Source: Ginkgo biloba (Eukaryota > Plantae > Ginkgophyta). From it: a stretch of 21,843 bases of DNA. This document shows, in pieces, positions 1-10,800 of the stretch (its first letter is position 1; each line of letters opens with the position of its first letter). A model generated the notes under the pieces. The model saw nothing but the letters and a program-made list of their open reading frames with translations, was not told where the DNA came from and searched no databases. The DNA lies in assembly GCA_024626585.2 (NCBI GenBank), contig JANKJI020000002.1, forward strand, positions 83,943,142 to 83,964,984. Direction: 5' to 3'. The position numbers and the translations under genes are program-made.

Positions 1-769
1 GCTTCATATTGATTCTCTCACCTTCTCACACAAAGATTCCAAGACTAATTGTCAATGAACATAGTAAATTGCAAACTTTATTGATAAATTTGTAGTGCGT
101 GATCGAACAACCATTGCTCCCCATTTAATTCAAGCAAGGAGAAATCCAGAACATTTTGATAATCTACAAAATTCTAGAATAAATTAAATCTAATTTACTT
201 TAAAAATATATTTTTGATTTAGTAATGAAATTGAGATGACATTATTGAAAGCTACCATTATTAAAGAGTATTAAATTTTACCAATACCAAATAATTATCA
301 TTAAATTTTTTAGATGTTTTATTCATTAATTATCATTATAGTGTAATTTGATATAAGAGATATAATGATATCCAATTATACTTACTTTATAATGACATAA
401 TGGTTATTACAAAATAAATAATGAATAAATCTCCATTCATTACTTAATTTATAATAATTTAAGTCATCCACCAAATGAATATACATATCTTTTATATTGG
501 CATACTCTTTATTACAAAATCCACATTCATTCATGACTTATTTGTAATGATTCATATTTCAAATAAACATCATCCACTTGTTACACACACAAATCTATAA
601 AGCCTTCTTTTAAATACTTTAGTGATCAACTATTATTATGAAATATTATGCTATTCACACCATAAAAAAAACTTTGATGTTTTTAAATACAATTATATTG
701 TAGTCTAAAATAATATCAAATTTTAATTAAATTAGTTCATAATTTTTTTTAAATTCTCCTCTCTCCCTA

Positions 770-880
770 TCTATACCTTTATACTAAAAAATAAACATGT
801 TTAACCACCACCTTTAATTAATAAGAAAATAATCTATACTATTATATTAAAAATAACCATGTTTAACCACCCTTTCATTA
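770..880 (+). repeat. Two ~63-bp tandem units starting with Helitron-like 5' terminus (A^TCTATAC...)
   Basis: atctatacctttatactaaaaaataaacatgtttaaccacc (769) and atctatactattatattaaaaataaccatgtttaaccacc (832). Confidence 0.55.
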
Positions 881-1186
881 ATGGTGCAATATAATAAAAT
901 ATTTAATAAAAATCATTGTAAGAATTAAGAAGATTTTATGGCTAATGATTTTCATTTAAAACATAAATCGTTGAACAATATTTATTCAATACTAATTTTT
1001 AAAGGAAATTATAATATTATANNNNNNNNNNNNNNNNNNNNNNNNNNNNNNNNNNNNNNNNNNNNNNNNNNNNNNNNNNNNNNNNNNNNNNNNNNNNNNN
1101 NNNNNNNNNNNNNNNNNNNNNNNNNNNNNNNNNNNNNNNNNNNNNNNNNNNNNNNNNNNNNNNNNNNNNNNNNNNNNNNNNNNNNN

Positions 1187-1420
1187 ACATCAATCATCTC
1201 TGACAGGGACAACAGATTTTTGAGTCACGTTGTGGGGAATGATGGACACTAAGTTGAAGAGAAGTATAGCATTTCATACTCAGATGGATGGGTAGACAGA
1301 GGTAGTGAATCGAACCTTAGTGCATTTACTATGAGGTTATAACATCAACATCCGAAGACATGGGATGAGAGTCTTCCCTACATCTAGCACTTCTGGAATC
1401 GAGCCATTCACAACTCAACA
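1187..1420 (+). mobile_element. Degenerate Ty3/gypsy retrotransposon integrase core (rve) fragment
   Basis: Translates with frameshifts and stops as TSIISDRDNRFLSH / LWGMMDTKLKRSIAFHTQMDG*TEVVNRTLVHLL*GYN / HPKTWDESLPYI*HFWNRAIHNST, matching the gypsy SDRD...FHPQTDGQTEVVNR D,D(35)E region. Confidence 0.9.
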
Positions 1421-2578
1421 AATCAATTGTAAATAATATTATAAAAAACTCTCTCATTGCCTTCTAATGTCTTCACCATGGACTTGGTTCGACTGTATTG
1501 AAGCAAGGCCTAATTAGAACATAAGGCACCTTCCTTAAAGCAAATGTTAAAAATCTTGTCAAACTTATTTTTAGTCATGGAGCTAAAAAAATCCTCTTGG
1601 TTGCAATTGGTCTTGGTCTAAGGGATCACACTTTTGAGGTTATGAGTAGACTATCGCTATATGATTTCATCAACCTTATAAAATGCATTGAAGTTGTTCA
1701 ACCTATTAGTTAACAAAGAGAATTAAGAGAATTCTACAAACTAATACTTTCCATTAAATCACTCACAGAGAGGCCATGAAGTTTGAATATTTGAATGAAC
1801 TAAGAGATATGAAAGTGGGAGCTAATAAGTTCCAAATGTCATTGGTAATTAGCGCTAGTAAATTTTACTTGTTGTATGACTTTAATATCATTCCATTCTT
1901 ACATCCTTTGGGAACCTCCTAGTAAAAACCCCTTGACTATTTCAACTACATATAATCAATGTTATCATGCACTATTTTAGATTAATTATGAAATTCAAAC
2001 AAAATATATATTTGAGTATAGAATAAAAATGATTTACATTAGAGTTTAGTAGAAGGCATAGCTCGTATGGATCTATAAAAAAAAAATCATTAAGAAAATA
2101 ATTTATAAGGTAATCCATAAATTCTAAGATACATGCATGTTACTGAGTTAATAAAAGCAAAGCTTTGGGATCAAGATTCTCTAAGGTCAAGTTCAGATGT
2201 GTAGAAGAAGGTTACAATTCAATGAATATTCTCTCTTCCAATATTTTAAATGGGAAATAGAATTTTGTGTGAACACAACCTCAGAGATTGTTATTATATG
2301 ATCAAGTAAAACNNNNNNNNNNNNNNNNNNNNNNNNNNNNNNNNNNNNNNNNNNNNNNNNNNNNNNNNNNNNNNNNNNNNNNNNNNNNNNNNNNNNNNNN
2401 NNNNNNNNNNNNAATAAATGAAAAATTCGCGGGTCTAGAAATTAAATAATTTGTTGTTATTAATCGTTGTTACATAATCATGTGATACTAATTAAATGTG
2501 AACCATTCGCTCATGTTAAGTATCACATACCAAAACATTACAAAAAACTTTTACACTGTGTATTATCTTTCTGAACAG

Positions 2579-2846
2579 AGACTAGGAAAATCGTCCATTT
2601 TGGAAAGCATTGTGGGAATGGATTTTCTACATCGAGGTTCAAGTAAAATTTTTGTTAATAAGTGAATAGATATATGCAGATTTTGTTTTTTATTCCAAGA
2701 ATGAATGCATGAATTTAATGGTAATCACATGGCCATTATAGGTATTGTGACAAGGACGCCCTTGGTACTATTGCTTCACGAAACAGAAGGCATCCAGCCA
2801 GCGTTCCTACATCTACATCTTCTCAAGAAAAAGTTGACAGACTCCT
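2579..2846 (+). pseudogene. Two-exon fragment of a dynamin-related DRP1/phragmoplastin gene (exons 2579..2642 and 2742..2846)
   Basis: Spliced at ag|2579, 2642|gt, ag|2742, 2846|gt gives [56 protein letters not shown], similar to plant DRP1 [35 protein letters not shown]...FLHLPRKKFTDF. Several conserved residues are substituted and no further DRP1 exons are recognisable in the window. Confidence 0.85.
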
Positions 2847-3806
2847 GTATGTGGATTTTTGCTTTCGTTTTCGTTGCTGTCAAAGTTTTTTATTTATGCT
2901 TGCTTGCTGTCTCCATCGGAAAAAAATCACATCGGGGTAATCGTTAGCGAGTGGCATTTGCCAAAGTTCCTTGGAATGGTCCTGTACGCAGAGACTTTAA
3001 ACCTCGATGCCATTGCGTATATAAAATGTAATCCCAATGGCAACCTCAACCGATACCTGGATTCGGGTAAGCAGGGCCTCAATTGGATACGGTGATCGAT
3101 TTATCATAGTTGACATTTGAGATTTCTGGGAACCCTGTAATTTATATCAATTAGAAAGGGAACGCAAGGCTTTCTTATGGTTCACGGATAGTTTATTACG
3201 ACCTGTTGTCACAAGTTCAATCTATGTGGAGTCATAGTGTACACACACAATTTAGTCTCCAATGCCAATGATGTAGGTGAACCGATTCTCACTCACCGAG
3301 AATGCTCGGTTTATCATGGTTCCCCTTTTTTGAATCCCTGGCTACCATTAATACTATTTTTAGGGCAAATTGACTTTTTCTTATGCTGAGTTGTAGGAAT
3401 TCAACCTCCAGCAGTGACATTGTGTACCCATTTAAGACAAACTCTAACTCCAGTGTATAGGAAACCTATTTCTTAATAATGTAGTGGTTTGTCTTACCAT
3501 TTTCCACTTTTGAAGTTCTTAGCTTCTATTTGCATCAAAATAGTGAGATAGGAGAAATCTGGGTTATGGGCAGCATTAGATTCCGGGGGAATCACATGGT
3601 TGTCTCCATGGGTTCATCTTATGCTGACAAATTATATATTCCTGACACCAGTGACGCCCCATGCCAGGGTAAGGTGAAGCAATATCTTTTGATCATTTGG
3701 GGCGCTTAGTTTAAACTTTACCATGATGGCCTTTTGGTTATCGTTTGTATTGTGGCAACTACATAGGACAACATACGGTTTTCAATAATATTTAATATGA
3801 TACTAG

Positions 3807-3861
3807 TATATATGTGTATGTGTGTGTGTGTGTGTTGTACACACACACATATATGCATGTC

Positions 3862-3907
<46 letters not shown>

Positions 3908-3914
3908 TGTATGT
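3807..3914. repeat. Compound microsatellite (TG)n/(AC)n/(TA)n/(TATG)n running into an N gap
   Basis: Read directly; explains the spurious HTYI/MYVC ORFs at 3718-4066. Confidence 0.95.
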
Positions 3915-4658
3915 NNNNNNNNNNNNNNNNNNNNNNNNNNNNNNNNNNNNNNNNNNNNNNNNNNNNNNNNNNNNNNNNNNNNNNNNNNNNNNNNNNNNNN
4001 NNNNNNNNNNNNNNAGGACAAAACAGGATTTTCAATAATATTTAATATGCTATAATAGCACATCAAGAGAAATAGTTCAAATCATTTCTACGTATCTACA
4101 CTGAATGGATTTAAGACTGTGCATATCTATATTAAAGGCATTTAAGATTTAAAAATCTATTCAATTAAAAACAAGTAGTGGCAGTTATTTGCCACAGGTA
4201 AGGACGAGTTAATAAATAAACGAGCGATGGGATCATGCCCATATTTTAAGTATAATAGTATAGATAAATACATTTATAATATTATGTACTACAGACAAGT
4301 TCAGGTGTTTGCAATGTCTTTTGGATGGTTTCACTATTTCAAAGCATTCAAGACAATTTGAGATTTGTAGTTGCAATAGCTGGAGGGGTTTTCGCAATGA
4401 ATTCTTCAAGTTATCATGTTTGAAATTCTAAAGCATTACAGAGTGTGTAATGACTTTGAATGCTCGACTTTTTCTTTGAACATCCGACTGCTGGATTTCT
4501 TTGTGGGAAACAGGAAAATCAAAACCCCTCAGCATCCTGTGACTCTGCAGTTGCTGCCAAAATTACTCCGTTGGTAACCTCTTGTTGCTATGGTCTAGAG
4601 ACTAATCAGAGGTAGTCACTCCTCTAATGTTTGGAAATGCTGTTATGTTTTTAAGGTT

Positions 4659-4666
4659 TAGGGTTT
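4659..4666 (-). promoter_or_regulatory. Telo-box (AAACCCTA) in the probable 5'-UTR intron of TAM41
   Basis: ggtttagggttt at 4655-4666, just upstream of a branch-point-like gactaat and an acceptor aacag| at 4692. Function is inferred only. Confidence 0.4.
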
Positions 4667-4705
4667 ATGACTAATCTTGCATTGAATAACAGGGATATTA
4701 CAACA

Positions 4706-4816
4706 ATGGACAGGGTTGAATTAGCAGCACCTCTCAAGGATTTGCCCCCTGTTGAGTTTGCCTGTGCATATGGATCAGGAGTTTTCCCTCAGCCAAGTCG
4801 CGCACACAAAGATGAG
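4706..4816 (+). CDS. TAM41: TAM41 coding exon 1 ([37 protein letters not shown])
   Basis: ATG at 4706 in context caacaATGG; YGSG nucleotidyltransferase motif; donor GAG|gtac at 4817. Confidence 0.92.
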
Positions 4817-7800
4817 GTACACATTGCTTTTTCTAGTGAAAACACTGCTTGCATCTCATTTTGGACACTTTTAGAATGATTGTTGATAGTTTAATTCCTT
4901 GTATTCTGTTTTACATTGCAGGAGCCTATGCTGGATTATATATTGGGAGTTTCGGATCCTATGCAGTGGCATGCAGAGGTTAGTAAATATTCTGCCTCCA
5001 ATCTTGGGCTAAGTTAATGACTTTTTGTTAGATAGTTGGGCTTGAGTCTTTTTGTACCAAAGTTTTGAAATATCGAATGGTAGGAAGGCTGATTTACTCT
5101 TCATCTACTTTTCAACAGAATCTCCAAACGAATAGGGATCACTATACATCTTGGATGGCATATCTTGGTGCTAAAACAGTGAGTTTTTTCTACGCTTCTT
5201 TTCATTACTTTATTATTATTATTTTTCCCAATTTGATTACTTGTATTACATTAAGACTGATTTGCTTACATCTTCTTAAAAGCTAGAAGATTGGCCATTT
5301 TTATTTACCTGTCGCCATTTGCAAACCAATAACTATGAGTTGAATGATGAATCACTATGGATTGATCGTAATCTAGTAATTTAAATAGTGTAGAGCACAC
5401 CTGTTTGATGAACTGGGCTTTGATTACATAGGATGCTCGGCTTACCATGGTTGCATTTGCAAATGACTTCATAGCCAATTTAATACCTCTCTATGGTGAA
5501 TTATTGGCTTTAGCTTTGTGGTTTGCTTGCTTAATCTTCCTTTCCCTGTTTTGTGGTGTCAGATTACAGATGTCGCAGAAGGGATGGGCATTGGAGTTCA
5601 CTTCAATGCATTTGTGCCATGGAAAGATAAGGTCTGTCTGTCACTTCATTATGCTTCTTATATTTTTATTTAGCACATGGTTTGATTGAGGACAGTGTAT
5701 TATCTTCTTTTATGTGATCAGTCCGTGTGAGAGTTTGGAGTCCTTTGTCTTCCCTAATGGACCTTCGTTGCTCTATATTTTTCTGTTTCCAGATGATCAA
5801 GTATGGTGTGATCCGAATGCATGATTTGATTCAGGATGTGCTTAATTGGGAACACTTGTATATAAGTGGCCGCCTTCAGAAGCCTGTAGGTGTACTTTGC
5901 AGGTGTGGTCTCTATGTTGTGATAGGAAGCATTGTGTGACTAATGTGATCTACTGTTGTCTGACCCCTCTCCTCTCTATTATCTCTTTTTCTATATAGTG
6001 CTTTTATACAAATTGCCAATTTCACATGGTTGTGTAGGTTAATCACAATGTTCCATATAATTCTCCATTCACAATTTATCATTAAAATCCAGGAAGTTTA
6101 GTGGTAACCATTCTACAAGTTGTTTTGGCATCATTCATGCATCCAAAGGCATTTAAAGCAAAGTGCATAATTACCATTTGTCTCAATGTGGAGGGACCAG
6201 AAGGGACAAGTACTTTTTGATCACAGTTGTGATCCAAAACATCTGCCTGGATTATGAACAACATTTGGTTTTGTCTGATGCTTGGGAGTAATGGGGATGT
6301 TCAAGTGAACATGGTAAAATGTACCCATTTGTAATGATTCTATGTTTTTATACAATTAAGTTGATTAAGGTTTCATCTTGAGCAATAACATCTTGAGTAA
6401 TAGCCCCTATGTGGAGCATACCTTCAAGACAAACGCAGAGTACATGCCAATAAGACAAACTATTCAGAAATAAAAGAGAAACATACTCCACAAAATATCT
6501 TAGAGTAGAGTTTTAACTTTGGCCTGATTGCTGTATGGGAATAATTAATCTATCTTTTTCATGGATTGTGATCAGGAGTGCCAAGGGAGAAAACTTGGTA
6601 GGGCCAAGCAGTCATTAGAAATCTGAACTGTCTGAAGAGAATAAGAGACCTGTGTATAGCAATAGTGTTGTGCTTGACGAATCTTGACCAATGGTAGCTA
6701 AATCTTGTGAATAAACCTGGGTTAAGTTAGATACTTGGCTTTTATTACATCAGACCTGTGTAAATTAGTGAGAATCTTGAAGATTGACTCTTGACATTAT
6801 TGTTTTGGTGATGACAAAACCTTGTTTGTAGGTGATAGTCTTTTTAAGGAAAACTGCCTTTGGGAGAATCTTCACCATTTAGAGATTTTGAAAAAATTGA
6901 GGAGCTTATCTTGAATTAATTGACTTCACAAGATTGAATTCTTGATAGCATCTTAAGGAATAAAGTTCATAGATCTGATTTATAGATCTGACATGAACCA
7001 GAGAATTCAATACCCATGACAATGCAAATGTTAAAGACTTGAGTAGCCAATTTCTTGTTCTCTACATCTAATATCATGNNNNNNNNNNNNNNNNNNNNNN
7101 NNNNNNNNNNNNNNNNNNNNNNNNNNNNNNNNNNNNNNNNNNNNNNNNNNNNNNNNNNNNNNNNNNNNNNNNNNNNNNTTTAGGTATTATGAGATTTTGA
7201 GGGAGTCCTCTCCAATATTTATGGCCCTCCTTCTCCTTCCCTTAAGGACCATTTGTGGGCTTTGCTTCAAACCCATAGAAGTAGTCATGGGGACCTCCCA
7301 TGGATTCTTAGAGGTGATTTCAATATAAGCCTTTTCCCAAAATAAAATAAAGGAGGAAGCTTGGTTGATCTCAGAGGTAGGAGATTGATGCTAAGCTTTA
7401 TGGATGATTATGGGCTCTTGGATGCCTTCCTAAAATTTGGCCTCTTCACCTAGAACAATAGGAGAGAGGGGGAGAACTTAGTGGTTGAAAGACTTGATAG
7501 ATTCCTTTATACTAAAGACCTTCTAAATGCAGATATTCTACTTGAAGCAACCTATCTTCCTAGTACCTATTAAGATCATTGGCCAGTGCAACTGGAGATT
7601 AGGCCCCATAGTCATCCTTTGAGGTACCCTTTTAATTGGGAAAAGGCTTGGATATCACCCTGACTACAAGTATTGTATAAAGATTTAGTGGGAGGAGGAT
7701 ATTCAATTCTTAGGCACCAGAATGTTTAAGGTGGCGCACACATTAAAGAATGTTAAAAATAATTTAAAATCCTATAATAGAGAGGTATTCAGGAACATCT

Positions 7801-10800
7801 TCACTAGAAAGACCTTGTTGGAATTGTCTCTAGAGGAAATTCAATTAAAAATATTAGTAGGCCTAACCCCATCTTTCCTGAATGAGGAGACCATTCTAAG
7901 CGCAGAACTCAATGAGGTTCTTAAAAAAGAGGAAACTTATGCGTTCTTCTTCTAGATTGATGATTGTGCCTTTCCTCCACATTTTTCCATAGAAGGTAAC
8001 ATGGACACCCTCCCTGCTAGCTGAGACACCCTCTTTGATGTTCTGTTCCTGAGCGCCCATCGTTCTCTAATAGAGGTTTGATGTCTCCAACTATTGAACT
8101 CTACACGATTTTGCTAACAGAAACAAAGATGCCCAGCACAATCTCAAATGAGTTGCTTCCTCACAAATGAGAATCTTCCTTTGCTCCAACGTTTTTTTGT
8201 TCTAGAGTTGACAACAATTTCTTCCACCACCAGGGACATGAAACCACTCACTTGATTTCTCCCAAATGAACTCTGCCCTGGAGAAAATAAAAAGATTTCT
8301 TCCAATGCTGTGCTCATAGTAGAGAAACGATTTCTCTTTCCAAAAGCCAAACCACGAATCTGCTTCACAATGACTGTACANNNNNNNNNNNNNNNNNNNN
8401 NNNNNNNNNNNNNNNNNNNNNNNNNNNNNNNNNNNNNNNNNNNNNNNNNNNNNNNNNNNNNNNNNNNNNNNNNNNNNNNNAAGAGTCCAAGAGGTATTTA
8501 TGCCCAAAAGATGTATTATTACAACGAAGGGGTGTACCCCATAATTGCAACTACTTGTTAGCCTAACTAAGTTGCTGTTACAGTCGACGAACGACTGTTT
8601 TGAAGGTCGACGAATGGGCAAACAACTCACTGAGGGTCAGCGAACGACTCACTACAGGGTTTATTTCTGGACAAAGAATTTCCTATAGTGAGCAGCAAAC
8701 GATTTACTTTCTACTATCAACAGGAGGTAAGTCAAGGAACACAATCGACAAAACCCGTGTTACATGTATTGGCAAGAATGGAGAAATGTTTAGAGAATAG
8801 GAGGAAATATCAAGTGATGTCATCAACTGAGCCCAAGTTCATTGCATTATTAGCATTGGCAAGCTCAACATCTAGACCACTACGAATTGCACTATCCTCA
8901 AATGCACTAGATATTTACGTATTAGAACCAACAAAATTCCAAAGATATGAATTATTTATAGGTGGTTAGGAGGGAGAGGCACCAACTCATGATTTTTTGG
9001 ATAGCGTATTGGGTCCAGTACTAGAGGATGAGGACATTCTGGAGATCGTAACATGCCCAACAATTTCACAACCTCTAACATCATTAGCATTGTTTGTGTG
9101 GTCACCAGGGAAATGAAAACTTGCTTAAGGCAGTGAGACATCTCAGCAATTACCTTCAAATTTCACACTTTCTAAGGCTTTGCTTTTGGAGGTTCTTAAA
9201 ACACAAAGTGGAAAAATGGAGTTTGTGACATTGGTATGAAACCAACTAGTTGGCTAAGAGATTAACATTTGGCTCTCAGGAAGGAAGTAAAAACAATATT
9301 GATAATGGGGGTTCATAGGTTGAAGAAGCAACATGGAGGGTATAAATGATAGGCTAAGTGTGTGGAAGTCAGATGAGATAAACATAGGGGAACATTTGGA
9401 ACAGGTGCAAGAGAAGGGAGTATGAGTGCTACATGTAATATAAATAAACTTTCCATATCTATGGACAATGTATGATACAATGCAAAGCTAGAGCAGAAGT
9501 TGGCTAAGGAAAGGGAGGAGTGAGCAATGAATTTCCAAGCTGCCCAAGTTGTAAGGGAGTAAATTATAGGACTAAAGGGGTAGTTGAAGAGGTTGGGTCA
9601 AAATGTAGCAATTTGTACTTTGGTTTAGGACTTGGTAGCACCAACCCTAGACTTTAGTACTTGTGCTAGTTTCATTTTTAGAGTTCTTATTTCTAAAGCC
9701 CTAATTAATTATAATGACAACTATTTGTCAAGGGTTGTCTACTTCAACCATACTAGATCTAGTAGAGGCTATTGACATTTGAGGATAATCTACTACGGCC
9801 TTAGTAGCAACATTTGTTTGTGAAGAATTCCCTTGCCTAAATTAAGCTCTAGGACAAATGTATGTTGCATGCTATGTAACAAGATATTTATCAACGCGAC
9901 CGTACATACTCTCATTTCTCCAATAGATAAGACATAATAACATGGACACAAGTTGGCACACTTAGATGTTTCTCATGGCATAATAATGTGGATAATCAAT
10001 GTGATATTCTCACAATCCCTTAATTATCCACACATATTTCAAGTTACAATGTTTAGTTGGATTTTGAATGGTGAAGTGATGTTGCTTTANNNNNNNNNNN
10101 NNNNNNNNNNNNNNNNNNNNNNNNNNNNNNNNNNNNNNNNNNNNNNNNNNNNNNNNNNNNNNNNNNNNNNNNNNNNNNNNNNNNNNNNNTACAATCCAAA
10201 ATATTATAGAAAGTCATATCGCTCTATAGATACTAGGGAATTGCTGCTTATTTGAATCCATTTATCATGGATAGGTTCATGTGTTTCCACGATCGAGCTT
10301 AATGGTTCATCCGTAGTTAATTTCAAACATGTGCCTTCTAATGTTAAATAATCGTCTATCCATAAGTATGCGAATGTCAATCCCACTGATCATCATTTTT
10401 GTTTCCCAATGATGAGAGACTATGTTGGANNNNNNNNNNNNNNNNNNNNNNNNNNNNNNNNNNNCAACGTTTAACTCGGGGAGGCAAATTGCACTATTTA
10501 ACTCAGGGAGGCAAATTGCGGAAATAAAATGCAAAGAATGCATGAGAGTCAATTATTTCTCTTACCTCTAAGAAATGACCGCAACTCCAAATGCACCAAC
10601 ACCTCATGCTTACCTCCATGATTGTTTATTCTTTGACTTTAGATGTACCAGGTGATAAACTCCTATCTGTCTCTATAATGTTTGTTTCTTCTTTGACTTT
10701 GGATGCATAAAGCAACGAATGCCAATTAGAAATGGTCAAGTTTTAATGGGGATGCACCAAGTGTGGGGGGAGACACAATGAAATTAAAGTCAAGTGAGCT

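Noticed and set aside
3718-4066. Five overlapping ORFs with HTYI/MYVC repeats
   Set aside because: Translations of microsatellite plus N gap.
6082-6264. Minus-strand AFGCMNDAKTTCRMV resembling gypsy RT PFGLxNAxATxxR
   Set aside because: Too short and degenerate to support without a profile search.
9225-9243. gtgaca-t-tggtatgaaacc as LTR end plus tRNA-Met PBS
   Set aside because: Several mismatches to TGGTATCAGAGC and no definable LTR or gag downstream.
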